This document shows positions 1 to 14,769 of a stretch of DNA of 64,000 nt, piece after piece. The first letter of the stretch is position 1. Each line of letters begins with the position of its first letter. The DNA comes from Epiperipatus broadwayi (lineage: Eukaryota; Animalia; Onychophora). The stretch lies in NCBI GenBank assembly GCA_028023455.1, contig JAQFVV010000003.1, positions 8,370,001 to 8,434,000 of the forward strand. The letters are read 5' to 3'. Made by a program: the position numbers and the translations under genes. The notes beneath the pieces are model-generated. The model was given only the letters and a program-made list of their open reading frames with translations. It was not told the DNA's origin and ran no database searches.

Positions 1-19
1 CATAGTACTTTTAGACAGT

Positions 20-2020
20 TGTATTGAAATCAAGTCACATACACTAACAATTCATGTTTCAGATAACTGGAAGAATAAAAAAATTAACACTAGAATATTT
101 TAAATAATTATTTAATAAACAAACTGACTATTAAATTTAAAAAAATTTAAAAAAAGACATGGTCATATGATTCTTCAGATTTATAACTCTTATTAAAAGG
201 TATAGTTTCATAAAAAATAATAATTCCTTAAATTAATTAACTTTTGCTTTCATTAAGTAATTTTGTTAAATAACAAAAGTTGAAAAATAGCTTTTCAATC
301 AGAGATAAGAACATTTTAAATTAGCTTATCCCTTTTATATATAATTCTTTGAGGGGTGGGTGATATAAAACAAAAAAAGAAAAAAATCACAAATTAAAAA
401 AAAACATGTTCAACTAAAAAAAACTACTAATAAAATTATTAATTAATACCAATTGCTACTTAATTTTAAAAACATGATTATAAAATTAAATTTAATGTGC
501 ACACCAAAAAAAAAATCTTATACCATGGTTTTAATTTTCTTTGGAATCCTTCTTGGCATTTGTAATTTACACGTTTTACAGGTAAATTTTCTTCTTGAAA
601 GTTCTTAAAAGTTCTTAATTTCAGGTTAATTGTACAGGTATTTCCTTTTTCTTTTCAATAATAATTCCAGATCAAGCTAATATAGACACTCATGCTCTTG
701 GTTGGAGATAAGGTTTTAGCAGATCAATTCAGGAGCATTTTTCTTCTCCTTACATTTTCTTCAGTGAAGCAGATTAAATGGAGGAAGATGATGTTTAGCT
801 TTTTGCTAAACTTAGCATATTGTAGAAAACATTTTTTAACAGTTGAATTTTTGTATATGCTTTTTTCTTTAGCAGATAAGTCAGGAATGACTGTTCTCCT
901 CTACAGCTTGATTAAGAACTTCTACTACTATCTTCTTTAGCAACTTGATTAGAATTTTTTTTCTCCTACTATTTTCTTCAGCAACTAGCAATTCCTGATT
1001 CAGCAGTGAAAAAAATAGACAATTCTGATCCAGTTGCTGAAGACAATAGGAGAACAAAATTCTTAATCAAGCTGCTAAAAAAAAAGTAGATTCAGAAACT
1101 CAACTATTTAAAAAAATGTTTTCTACAATGGAAACCATGTGCTAAGTTTAGCTAAAAGCTAAACATCACCTTCCTCCATGAAACCTGTTTCACTGAATAA
1201 AATTTAAGAAGTAAAATGCCCCTGAATTAATCTTCAAAAATCTTGTCTCCAACCAAAAGTATGAGTATCTCTATGTATTAGCCTAACTTTATTGGAAAGA
1301 AAATGGATAAATTCTTGCTGTTTGTTAACCTAAATTATCTTATTGCAAAATGAAGAAAAAGGAAATAACTATGTACAATTAACCTGAAATTAAGAAGCCT
1401 TCAAGAAGAACACCTATTTTGAAAACGTGCAAATTACAAATGCCAAGAAAAACACCAAAGAATATTAAAACTATGGTATAAGGTTTTTTTGGTATGCACA
1501 TTAAATTTAAATTTATAAAGTATTTTTAAAATTAAGTAGCAATTGATATTAATAATGTTATTAGTAGTTTTTTTTTAGTTGAAAATGTTTTTTTATTCAT
1601 ATGACATTCTTTTTTTTTCTTTCACAATTATAGAAAGTTTTTTTTTAAGTAACTTAATTTTATAAAATTTGATGTTCTTTCTTTCTTTGTTTTATATCAT
1701 CCTCCTCCCCCAAATTATACACAAAAAGAATAAGCTAATTTAAAATGCTCTCATCTCTGATTAAAAAGTTATTTTCCAACTTTTGTTATTTAAAAAAAAA
1801 TCTTAATGAAAGCAAAATGTTAATTAATTTAAGGGTTAAAAATCAATTGGTTAATTAATTTTTTCTATGAAACTATATCATTTGATAAGAATATCAAATT
1901 ATCATGATTTTTTTAAAATTTTTTCATTATTAATCAGTTAGTTTATTAAATACTTGATTAAAAATATTCCTTCAGCTATCTGTTATGTGAACTGGCAATG
2001 CATGTGACTTGATTTCAATA
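20..2020. repeat. ~2-kb diverged foldback palindrome (arms ~20-957 and ~1021-2020, short spacer)
   Basis: Reverse-complement matches along the whole length: tattgaaatcaagtcacat (22-40) vs atgtgacttgatttcaata (~2002-2020); gaaattaagaa and tggtataag blocks; agcaacttgattagaatt (940-957) vs aattctgatccagttgct (1021-1038). Confidence 0.88.
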
Positions 2021-3329
2021 AAGCTTAGAGTATGAGAAATTGTTTTCAAATCATCCCAGCAAAATTATTTTTAAATACGTTAAAATAAGCAGTTATATAT
2101 GCTCACTTAACAGTTCATAGAATTCTTACTTACTGAGCTAGATTAGAGCATAATGATTAGTTATATGGATATAGATGTTATGTTGGCGTTTGGACATCCA
2201 GATAATAACCCTGGATTGTGCAAAGGTATCAACTTCAAAGTCCATGCACTACACTTTTATATTTTGTTTTTCTTATTAGAAATTTAGTTTATTGTTACTT
2301 AGTATACTAATAGTACTATGTGACCAAAGCATTGATGATAACGAACATATTTCAGTACTCCAGCATGATTTTTTATTTTCTGATGGATTAGCACTTGAGT
2401 AAGTACAACCAAGTTTTATATTATAGTTCTGCCCTAGCAGTGGTTAGATAATTAGTCTGTCTAGAACCCTTTTCAAATTCAGTCACAAGGCTGACTGTTC
2501 ATTTTTGACTGTTCTTTGTTGATAATTTAATGATTATTCTTCTTCTGAAATACTGCCTTATGTTTTTGTTCATGCTAACTCTCTGCTCATATTCACTGTA
2601 TTCTATATTTATTCTATATCCATTTTATATTTGTTAACATGGGGATGATGATGTGTTCCCATTTCCCCATACTGCTCCTATATTAACTAATTTTCTGTAC
2701 TATTACAATATATTAATCATATGTAAAAAGACTTTTTTGGGACATGGTTTAGTGCCTTTCAAATGTTAAAAATCTATTTTATTATATATTTATATTAGCT
2801 GCTAAATATGATTTTTAATATTTGTTATAATTTATAAGAGAAAAGCATATTAGATTTCATTACTTCCATTTTTGATGATTATTTATATCATAATTTTATA
2901 AATGGAACTTCATTCTTTTTCTCTGTTTTTGAATCTTTTATTTATTTTACCAATGCATTTTAAATATACTGAACACTTATTCTTAATCTACTTTTAGTAT
3001 TTGAAAATATATTTAATGCCTTCAATCATAATTTTCATATTTAATACTAAGAGTTATTATAAAAGATTTGTAATATGTGAACAATCATAAAAACAGACCA
3101 AAAAAAAAATCTCAGATTTTATATATTTTTAATTTAATAAACACAAATCACATCAATGCTGTGTTTTTCTGAAGGTTTGGGATAATGGTACTGTAGTTGT
3201 ATTTATATATTGGACTATTTCCATCATATAATATTAAGTATTCAATGCCTTTAGAAAAAATTAACTTTATTTAAATATTCCAATTACATTCAACTGTTAG
3301 TAATATCACACAGGTTAGAATATGCTCAA

Positions 3330-3462
3330 TGTTTTGAGAGGTACTATTCTCCACCAGATGTTGCTGGCCTGACCAGTGACAGTACTAGCATGGGAATTGA
3401 ATCTGGATCCCTAGATTCTTGAATATTGAATTTGAAAGTTCTAATCATTTGAGCTATCCTAC
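3330..3462 (-). mobile_element. tRNA-derived SINE remnant
   Basis: Minus strand reads GGATAGCTCAAATGATTAGAAC...GGATCCAGATTCAATTCCC, a degenerate A-box/B-box tRNA-like head. Confidence 0.5.
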
Positions 3463-3912
3463 TAAAGATTATCATTCAATTCTTTTTATACATTTCTAAA
3501 GATGATCCTATAAATAACAGCAAGATGCAGGTAATTATGCAATAGAAAAACAGCATGATATATAGCACCACTTCAGAAAAAATCACTAGTATTGGATTTA
3601 TTGAAGATCAAGACAAATATAAAAATTGATGATGTATGTTTGCTGAATGTTATCCAAATTACTTGCTTTATTTTTTGCTTTACATTTTAACAAAAATTTT
3701 TGAACAAAATTATTCTTCTTCTTTCAATCTACTTATTTTCAAAAAGCCTGTAATTAATTTGACAATATTCAATAGTTGATATTAAAAACTTATTTGTGCA
3801 CTAAAGAAATGGATATTTGAATTCTCATTAGTTCTTTAAAAACAAACAAATTATTACATAACAAAATAATAATTAATTTTATATTTAATATACAGTGAAA
3901 TCAAATACTTAC

Positions 3913-3972
3913 CTGAACTGACTGTCAAATCTTGAGGAGAATTAGGTGGAGAACCACTGAGACTGGTAGTAG
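3913..3972 (-). CDS. RUBCN: Rubicon small exon: (T)TTSLSGSPPNSPQDLTVSS, Ser/Thr-rich
   Basis: 60 nt; acceptor tttattatag|CT, donor CAG|gtaagt. Phase 1/1; continues in frame from 9540 into the Ser-rich linker expected after the coiled coil. Confidence 0.72.
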
Positions 3973-6900
3973 CTATAATAAACAAAAATCATATTTATGC
4001 ACAGTATGTATGCAATTCAAACATTTAAAATAATAGTGCCATCTAAAAAAGTTATTGTAGATATTAATTTAATGTAACTACCTGCAATATTTATTTTTCT
4101 AATTAACTGAAAAAAGTGAAAATGAGAAGTTAAACCTGCAGAACTAATATCAGATTAAACCAATATTCATTATCTGATCTACAACTATTATTTGAAACAA
4201 ACTGTTTAACATCATATACATAAATTCAAATATTATTTAATAATCACTAATATTTATAAAAATGTTAATAAATATTTGACATCCCATTAGAACAAAAGAA
4301 TAGAAATAAAACAAAATTTATATATATAAGGATCACAGTAAAAATATAAAACATAACATACAAATAAATAATCAGAAACATTTCAAATATAATATAAATT
4401 AAGCTATTAATTGTCCAAATCAACTAATAAACAAATCAAATTTCAACTAACATCAATTAAAAAAATCTCAAAAAGTTTTCTTTTTTTTTTTTTTTATAAA
4501 AAAAAAAAACAGCCTTTTATGAAAAGATAAACCAAAGATTTATAATGACTAATAGTCCTACTTTTATAATGCCATTTATGTTAAAAATTTTGATAACTTT
4601 TGCATTACTAACAGAAGTCTAAATGATGAGATTTTGTGAGTAATTCATAACAAAACTATGAATAAATCATAGATTTTTTTTAAAAAAATCATGTGATAAC
4701 AGATAGTCTAAAATAATTTATCAAAAATTAGTTAATTAATTATTGCTACAAATCAAGGTATAGTCTATAAATGCTTAGGCTGATTTCCTGTTGCTTTTTT
4801 ATATATATAATGAACCGGGTGGAGATTTCGATCGAAATAGGAAAATACAATCTAACATGAATTTTTTACTCTTTAGTGGAAATAGAAACCCATGAAAAGC
4901 AAATTTTAAGATAAAAACATTGTTGACTTCTTATTACATATAACATATGATACAATTATTTATTATTAATTCGATCTACTACACTGCAATTTAAATATTG
5001 CTCCACACTGGTCCCTTAGGCAGAGAAAAATAATACCCAGAGGGTACCTATGATCAAGCCAGAGCTATATAAAATACATAACTGTGGATACATTTCAAGA
5101 ACATAGATCCTCTTGACTGCAAAATTCAACATGCATCATTCAAAGCACTTTTTTGTTTTAGAGTAAACTCCAGGTGCCAGTTAATTAAACAAAAAGGTAA
5201 CCAACATACCCTGAATGACGGTAAACTACTTCAGCACCCAAGAAATCCCAACTGGCTCAATCAAAAGAATGATATAATAAAGTATGAGTAAAAAATTGAC
5301 CGACAAAGTATTAATTTTCAAAGATAATTTATTTTAACTAAAATACTTACTAAAATTTGTAAACTAATTATAAAATTTCTTAATTAATCTAAACTATGAT
5401 TTTTATATATAACCACACACATTCTTAATAAATCACACAATAGAATAGAATATAATACAAAGCATTAAATGAATACAAGGCATTAAAACACGCACATCAA
5501 TAGTTCATTTTATGCATGCTATAGTATAGAGTTAATTTCTTTTACTAACTCTGAAGGCTTCAAAGATTGCAATGGCTACTTAAATTAATATCAGAATTGG
5601 AATAAAAAAAAAGTTATTTATTACCTATATAAGATTTTTAAACATTGAGGCTTCTTGCTGTTTGCTGCTTCATATGTCTTTTACCAACCAGTTGGATTTT
5701 AGGCTTCTGTTGAGGTTCTAATGATTGCTATTCTGTGCTACTTCTATTTCAGGAAGTTAAACATTCCTAGCTGCTTCAAATTGTTAGACGGGCATTGCTT
5801 CTATCAGGAAGACTGCTGATGTTCTGTCAGACTAAGGCGGGAGTTCATCGCATGCCCCGAAAACTGCTTAATACCGCATTGTCTTTATTAACAAATATAT
5901 ATAATAGGTGATTGACTTTAGATTCGTGAATGACCTAATTTTCAACCCTATTTGTGTGACCTTGTTGTCATTTCTTTAATTAGTTTTTAAACCCGCCAGC
6001 TATTTTCATTGTTGAGAATTCGTCCACTGCTTTTGATTAAATTCTTTAGATGTGTTTAATTAATCCTGTTATTTATGGATTTTAATTAGTAGCCATTGCT
6101 AATTCCATTTTTATGTAGTTTATAAGTATATGCAATCTTTGAGGGAAATTTTTAACTTATAAACTTTCATATTTCATTTTTTTTAACATGCACAGATTTC
6201 ATTATTTCTTTATATTTAAAATCCTCATTATTCATGCACACATATATCTATTTTATTTTAAAATAAATGGAAAGAGATTTTCTTTTAGTTTTTAAGATTT
6301 CTTTTTTTTTCTTTAAATTAAATGAAAAGAGAGTATTTTTAATTTCATATAAAAGATTTATATTTCAAACTTTTATAGCTTTAACTTTTCTAAGTTAGAT
6401 TTTTTCCCCCCTGAATTAATTAATTTGTAAAACTTATGTTGATAACTGACGTTTGCCTTTTGGCGATCTATGTTTATATGAAGAAAACTCTTTAAACTTT
6501 TATATTAAACTTTCTTTTATTAAACTTTTAACTATTTCTTTAAATGAGATATTTTTCCTTCAATCATTTACTGACAGTGATTTTATTATTCATTATCAAT
6601 TTTAAAACTTCTTGCGTTATTTATGAAAATTTTTATTTTTAATAATTGCAAACACAATTTTACATGGAGCACTACAATAAATATCTAACAAATTATTGTT
6701 TTATTCTTATTAAGAATGCAATAATGGAATAAATTTGAAGATTAAATGTATCAAAAATAATAATAAAAAAGGCCAATTTGTTATAAATAAAATTAAAAAA
6801 ATTTATAGATGCATTGCCTGTACACAGAAAACATGTTTTCTCAGTCAAATGCCATATCAAAAATAATGAATTTAATCGTAATAATTATAATGAAAAAAAC

Positions 6901-8279
6901 TATTTTGATTCACTTCAATTGTGAGACTGTGTTAATATTTTCTTAAAATGACCAGTGAATCTGCAACATATTCACTGTTCTGATATCTGAAATTCATCTC
7001 TCTCTTTTTTTTTATCTTCACCTTTTCTAAGACAAATTATTTTAATGAAATAGTCTCATAATAAGGCATCTATAATTTGATCATTTGTTTTTTAGTTTAG
7101 GTTTAATATATTTAAGTTTTTCTCAATATCAGAATTCAAAAGCATCAAAACATTTCTTACTCATTCTCAAAAATAAACATAAATTAAAAAATATGAGCTG
7201 TTATTTTGGAGAATCATGATTTAAGATGCTTTTGTTTTTAATTCACTTGAAATTGATTCAAGAATCTCTTGAATCTGCCCCTACCATCTTTATATTGAAC
7301 TGATAGGGCAGCAAATATAATAATCTTAAATATGCAGATTTTTTTCTGAGCGATTTCACTTTTACTTTATTACATTTTTTGTTAATAGTGGATGACAATT
7401 TAAATGCCATTTAAATGCTAGTTATTAAAAATAACTATTGGCATAGCTCAAAGTGCAATAACTGTAATCCTTATAATTATTTATAGATATTATAACATAC
7501 TGATGTAGCTTAATGTTAATGGCTTCATATTAGACAGTTCTGTAAGTTCATTGTCCATGATCCTAAATAATATTACATTAGATCACCATCAAAAATAATT
7601 TTCTTCTGGAGATCTTTCCTGTATATTGATTGATCCAGATTTTTTTTCCTCCGATTCTCTTTATCTCTTCTTGCTCTATTTTTCAAACATCAAAATAAAT
7701 AAAAAATCTCTTTCCTTAAAAGTAAGATATTATTTTTTTTTTATTGTCATTTTTCCTTTTTCCTTATACAATTTATGTCACATATTTTCTTTCTCATTGT
7801 TCTTTTCAATACTGTGACAACAATTTCTCTTCAACTCCAAAAGCCATACTGTAGCATCAAGCAAAATATAACAAAAAAGATATCACAACTAATTAATATC
7901 AGAAAAAAAAAACACTTTGATAATGACAATATGCTGAGTGTGTGTGTACATAGAGTATTAGTATTTTTGATATAAAAAAGCATCATTTCTTTCAAAACTA
8001 GTTACATCAGCATTGATTAAATCAAGAGATTACAATGCCATTATAATCATAGGAACATTATCATTTATCAAATAGTCTCTTCATTCATATGTTATTTAAA
8101 ATAGACCTTCGAGTGTTTGCAGACATAATGAAATCATGTGATATTTGGCCTGATAATATAATATTGGACTGTTACTAGATTATGTTTTAAAATTATAATG
8201 AACTTTACAGATAAAAATGCTTTTGAAATATGGTATAAAAAAATTAGTAAAGTATATAAAACCTGTGATGTGATGTCAT

Positions 8280-9250
8280 CATTCATTATCAGTCAAAGAG
8301 CAGATACTGAACTCAACCCCACAAACTCTTTCTAAATCTTTCTGTCCATTGTTTTTAATTTTCAGACACTCATAAGTGTATTTTCCTTTAAATTATCAAT
8401 TGATTTTTTTTCCCTTCTCTTACATTTCTTTCTCTTATCCTTCAAAGATTCCTCTGCATCTATATTATATAGCAGATCCAATTTCTCTTCCTCTCCACAA
8501 TTTCTTTAAACTTTAGTTTTACAATTTCTATTGTTCCAATTTATCCATACCTTCTCCAAATTTATAATTCAAAAGCCTAAGTCCTATTTTCATTTCAACT
8601 TAAACAGTCCTCAAAATAATCTATTATTCTTTTAATAGTCTGTTTAACCAATATGTTCACAATTTTATATCTTTGCCCCTATTTTCACCATCACACAAAG
8701 AATCTCCTAAATATTTAAAAGCATAACGTGCCCTAAAACTTCTTTCTCTATGCCCAGCCTTAATTTTTTATTATCTTCATCTATAATAATTACTTTAGAT
8801 TTAGATGTATAGATTTTCATCTCAATTTTTTTTTTATAAACTTCATCAATTCTAATAATTCTTAATATCTGCAAGCAATGCTATACCATGAGTAAAACTG
8901 GTGCAATGTATTTTCTTACCCTACTACTAATCCATTTTTATCAAAAACATACTCATTAAAACAAATATTTAAAAAAGCACAATATACCATTGTTTTACAC
9001 TCTCCCTATGTCCATCTATTTTGAAAAAAGATAATCTTACAAATATTATTTAATTCAAGTAGTTTTTTTTTACATTCATCTCTTTTTCTAGTTTATATAC
9101 TTTCTTTTTCAAAATATCTAACAAAATAATGTAATTTGTTATCTTAAAAGTCTTTTTAAATTCAATGAAACAAATCAACTTCCTTCCCTGTGGAGCCATG
9201 AAATAAATATACATCATTTGTTGAGTGATTATGACTATCAAACATAGTTA
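8280..9250 (-). mobile_element. Decayed non-LTR (RTE-like) reverse transcriptase fragment
   Basis: GRKLICFIEFKKTFK...ILLDILKK resembles FIDFKKAFD; FKYLG is encoded near 8710; many stops and frameshifts. Confidence 0.6.
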
Positions 9251-9539
9251 AAATGTTTCAAAACATTAATATAAAATCATAACATAAAGAAATAGAACAT
9301 TAGAATAATACATTTTATTATTTATGCTTAAGAATTATTGCTTAGAAACACAATATTAATTTAGTATTTGAATATATAGAATTATATTATAACAACAAAA
9401 TGTTTGCTTATATGTACCAAAATGTTTATTTTAATAATTCCATTTCAGGTAATATTTTATTAATTATACATCCACCCACTTCCCTATATATATATCTAAA
9501 GAATTTTTAGCTCAAAATATAATTTGTTAAAAGACTTAC

Positions 9540-9582
9540 TATCAGTTCTTCCATCACTAAGTAATTGGTCATGCTTAGCTTT
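9540..9582 (-). CDS. RUBCN: Rubicon small exon: KAKHDQLLSDGRTD
   Basis: 43 nt; acceptor tttttatag|AAA, donor ATA|gtaagt. Phase 0 in, phase 1 out, fitting both neighbouring exons. Confidence 0.75.
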
Positions 9583-11840
9583 CTATAAAAAAATAAAAAA
9601 CATAAGTTATAAGAATTATAACTCATAAATAAAAAAAATAAAAGCTCGTCATTCACATTTTAAATAATTTTTAAGATAAACAAAAAATAGATACAAATAG
9701 TACTATTACAAAATTTGATGTGCACAATGGGTTTTGAATTTCAAGCTATTTTCTTGATAGTATAAAAGAAATAAGAGATGGCTGCAAATACATTAGTTCT
9801 AGTTTTAAATTTAGAATCTTCATTTACAAAGGCTGGGGATATAGATATAATAATACTATTATCAGGTGTCCATGATATACAATGAAGAGAATTACTCCTT
9901 AAACCAAATATTAAAAATAAGCTGAGAAAGTCCTGCAGTGTTTTGCTAATATCAGTTTCATGGATAATTTTCTTTAGCTAGTTTCTCAATATTTCTATTT
10001 TAGATGTATTAATTTTAGCAAATCTTAAATAACTTTATAACTTATCAAATATGTAATGCTGATAATATAATATAAAAGTGAAAATCATTGCTAATAAAAA
10101 GTTTCAGTTTTGAATGTGAATGCTTGATAACTATATAACAAACAGAATGTCAGATAAAAGTGATTATTTTTTATTTGACAAATAGATTGACATTGATATA
10201 ATAAAAAGAGGATATTATTTGCAAGATCATTTAACTGATTCTGTGAAAATGTAGCTTGTGAATTATTACAGAAAGGTTTTCAAAATTGGTTGATCCATGA
10301 ATAAGTTAATATTATAAGCAATACATATTTTGTAAGCAGTAAAGTATTTATGAACTTGTTAAAATTAATAGAATTTTATCTGGATTAATATATCAGTCTG
10401 TAAACTGGATTGATTAATATAAAAACAAAAATTACCACTAATGAAAAATTTCAGCCTTCTTGAGTATCAATGTAAATTGAATGTCAGATATAAGTGATTA
10501 TTTTTTATTAAAAAATATATTGCATTGACATAAGAAAAGATAGGCATTATTTGTAAGTTCTTTCAAATAATTCTTTAGGTTCTGGTTTGTAAATTATCAT
10601 AATAATGTTTTCAGACTTGGTTGTTCTACAAACAGCTTTTTTTTTTTTAGTATAAATATAATGATTATTATACTCAAGACCTTTTTCTGACTTCTTATGA
10701 AAAAGAATGAGATTCGATAATGATTCTCTGCAACATGAATTAGATCACTTGGATTGAATAAAAATACAACATTAATTCTAATTTAGCAAATTCTTTTATT
10801 CTTCCTGCTCTTTTGCCATGTTGTGTAAGCTTTAGTAATCAATAGATGCTAATGTTTATTAAATCCTCATTTAATGTTCTTCAATCTAAATAGGTCCAGA
10901 TTAGTTTTTCGATTATGGCTTTCATCAATGAGGAGCTGTTTAGATTTTTTTAACAGAGCAAAAAAAATATGGAGAATATAAAAATTTGCTAATGACTAGC
11001 AATATGCATAAACTAAGATTATGTGATATTTTGTTATCAGGTGATAAATTATTATTTTAGCTTTAGCTTATTTAATATATTGAGAAAGTCAGTGATACTA
11101 TTGTTGGTATTGTTATATTTGTATACAAAATCAGTATAGAAGAAAATTAAAAAAAGTACTTCAGAACTAAAAGCAAATAATGTTAATGAGAAAAGGGTTA
11201 TTTAAATCTGAAAGAAGAAAATGAGGGAGAATAAAAAAACGTAAAAAAATTAACAAAAAATGAAAATAATGTATAAGTAAAAGATTTGTGAAATGTTGTA
11301 TTTAAAACTGTGGACTAAGTAAATGATAAAAAAAAAAAAAGTAATTAAATTAAGCGTGGCTGAAGGAAAAATAAAGCAAGAACTATATAAACTGTAATTT
11401 AAAGAGCATTAGTGTCTTGTGTTGCCTTATTTTGTTGCTGTGCATGTCACCAGTTGAAGGAGCTCATAAGGAGTTCAATAGTTTTGGTAAAACTAATCAG
11501 GGAGGGAGAAAAACCCAGAGACTCGGATCTGAAAGTACAGAAAACTGACTAGGGGTTTTTATAGATCATACTGATTTTATTTTATTTTTATGTAAGTCTC
11601 AAGGGCTCACGAGAGTATAAAAATTGTTAGGGAGTAAAATGTTAAGAGTAGCAAATTTTATAGATAATGTTGAAGGACTATAATTTTGCAGGAACTCAAG
11701 AGAAATGAGAACTGTAGCAGTAGCAGTAAATGTTGAAATCATTTCTGGCTAGTTATGTAGATACAAATGTATTGCAGATCAACATTTACCCTTTCTATGT
11801 CATTATTATAAATAAATCTTTTTCCTTCAATTATTATTAT

Positions 11841-11982
11841 TATTATAAATTTTGATTGTATATTGTTTTTTTCTTGCCTCTTTGCAATTATTGCAGGGAG
11901 GGAAATACACTATTATAAATTTTGATTGTATATTGTTTTTTTCTTGCCTCTTTGCAATTATTGCAGGGAGGGAAATACACTA
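11841..11982. repeat. Perfect 70-bp tandem duplication (2 copies)
   Basis: tattataaattttgattg...gggaaatacac starts at 11841 and again at 11911. Confidence 0.95.
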
Positions 11983-14769
11983 CAGGTATATTCATAATAT
12001 TCATTCAGGGTCATAAAGCATTATTTCATTTATGCTCTTATGTCTTAATAAAAAAAGACTTTTTCTTCAAAAATATAAGCTGCTTAGTAAAAGTTTTTAA
12101 AAAAACATCTTTGGAAATAATTTTTGGAAAACTGAGATATTATCTTTAATCCAGTAAGACAATACATTTAGTTTTCCATCTAAACCAGAGTGGGTGACCT
12201 TTTTTGTGCCAAGAGCCATTTGGATATTTATAATCTCACTTGCAGGCCACACAAAATTATCGATTTAAAAATTAGCCTACTATATTTGATCAAAAATTTA
12301 ATTAGTTTATCTCTCATAGAACAAAGTATAATTATTTTAAAGATTGGAGAAAGAAAAAGATATTTGAGAAAATAAATATTTATATTACTTAATTCTTAAT
12401 TCAGCATTTACACTACATTATGTGTCTGTTTAAATAAGAAGTTTTATACAAGTCCATTATATATATATATATATATGTGTGTGTGTGAAAATGTCTGGGG
12501 CTGGAATGAGAGCTTTCAATTGCCAGATTGGAGGTTACCCATCTCTGATCTAAACAATAAGGAAGCATATTATAAATTGAACGTAATTTGCAACAAAAGT
12601 TTGAAACATAGTCTATACTATTTTTCCCTCCTCAATCAAAGTTTAGATATAAAATATTTTCTAAAAATAATCTTCTTGGGAAGTTCTCTTCACTATTTGA
12701 GGGTGAGATACATATAATCTAAAAATAAATTTCTTAAAAACTTGTAAATTCTATTGCTGATTACTCAATCCCTGTTCTGAATTAACACACTCATATCAAA
12801 ATGATACATTCACATCAAATTTCTGGATTTCTACTGCATAATGAAAACATGCCCTGGTAGTAAGAATACATCTAATCTCACATTTCCCCACCAGATATTA
12901 AAAAAAAAAAAACTGCCTCTGAGATAAACCTATGAAAGAGTCCAGATTTCTTACTTAGGAAATTTTCAACAATAAAAAAAATTATGGGGTAAAAATGTGC
13001 TTCACATAAAATACTTAACTTTTTTTTTATATTTCATATCCAACAATAAAGTTCCACTGTTGGTTCTTTTTTTTTTTTTAGTTCAGCTGGGAATCCATTC
13101 TGTAATTTTTAGTTTTTGAATCCCACCACTGCCAACACTGAAGGCATCAATATAGTCATATGAACTTAAGTGTATAAGAGCTGACTTACATAAATGATCT
13201 ATATTTATAGGTCAAGATATTCACTATGCTTCCAATCTTCATTATCTTTTAATTCAGAATACAGTTAATAAAAATATATGCTTGTAGCCATAAACAAAGT
13301 TCTTTTATTTTTTATATTATAATGACTGTAAGTGGAGAACATAATCTTAAAATGAAAACTTAAGAAATTACAGTAGTTTCTACAGTTATGTTTTCTGCAT
13401 CTGTTATATTATTATTAAAGTTTATATTATATTGTCACAATTCTTGTGACTGAAATTCCTTATGTTGTTGCTTTTATTTCTATTACTGATTTTATTTATT
13501 CTATTGTTGATGTCATAGCTATTGTTTCATAAATGCAGGGCCAGCCTACTACATAAAACAGTCTGAATATGAGTAGTTTTTTAGGATGCCCGGAAACAAT
13601 AATAATAATAAAAATATTATATTTGAATAGACTTGTTTTCTGGTCGCCTTTGTGCAATAATTTTTTAAAAAACTATAAAAACACAGTCATTCAGATATTA
13701 ATATAATATAAATATTTTATCATAATTGTGTTTCAATTTTATATATTATTTGAATAATATAATGAAGATATGTTAACTTTGTATTATTCAGTTCGTGGGT
13801 TAGTGCGGACAATTCAGATCATGATTATAAAATGATATTATATTTAACTTCTTTAAAAATTTGCATTTTTTTTTTTTTTATCATACTGGAGTCCATAAAG
13901 AGCCTTCGATTCTTGCATCCACAGCTTCCTTCCCTGCAATCAATTCTGCATTTGTATCTGATGAATTAAATATATGGGCATACTAAACTTACAAAAAATG
14001 AATATTTTACATTAGTAATATAAACAATTTATCTGAAAAGATACAATATTTTTTTCTGTAGTGTACACACACATATCTGATGTGCAAAATATATGCTTTT
14101 AACAATATAATGATTACTTAATTTTTCTATTGATAATTTTATTTTTAAAAAATGTAATCGAGAAACACAAGTATATAGAATTGTCATTTATAAGTCATAA
14201 ATAACACTAAAAATGTTGTATTTAATTTATATTATAAAAATTTAGAAATATGACATCAGTTCCAAAGCAAAATCTCATAAAAAAATCAGCTAAATTACAC
14301 AAGCAGATAATTAAAAAATATAATTTTTCAAAATTTATTATTTCTGTGACTTTTACTGATTAAAAAAAACTTAGGGTCACCTGTCATTCTATAAATAATA
14401 TGAATTCATTCTTTTCTTTAATCTTACAAATTTGGAATTTAAAAATAAAATCTATGATAAATTATGAAAAATTATTAATCATATGAAGTCAGGAAAATGA
14501 ATTTTCTTGAAAAACTGGATAATTATAACAAAGTTATAAAGATTTAGAGATTTGATAAAATTAAAAAAATTAAAAATTACAGTATTTTCAAATAATGCAA
14601 AAAATATGACTAATAATTATGTTTACATTTATTTAAGTTAAACATAAATAACATTGTAAATATTTTATCCATCCAGGCTGCATATCCTGAAATTTGCTTG
14701 CCTGAATTTCCATGAGGAACTTTTGTTTTCTTTATTTTATTAGAAATTCTGTTTTTACAAAGAGAAAAC

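Noticed and set aside
692-940. ORF 692-940 and most other 60-130-aa ORFs in the track
   Set aside because: Low-complexity, AT-driven open frames within repeats or antisense to TE remnants; no motifs.
6454-6470. GCCTTTTGGC match to U2 stem-loop I
   Set aside because: 10-nt match with no flanking U2 sequence.
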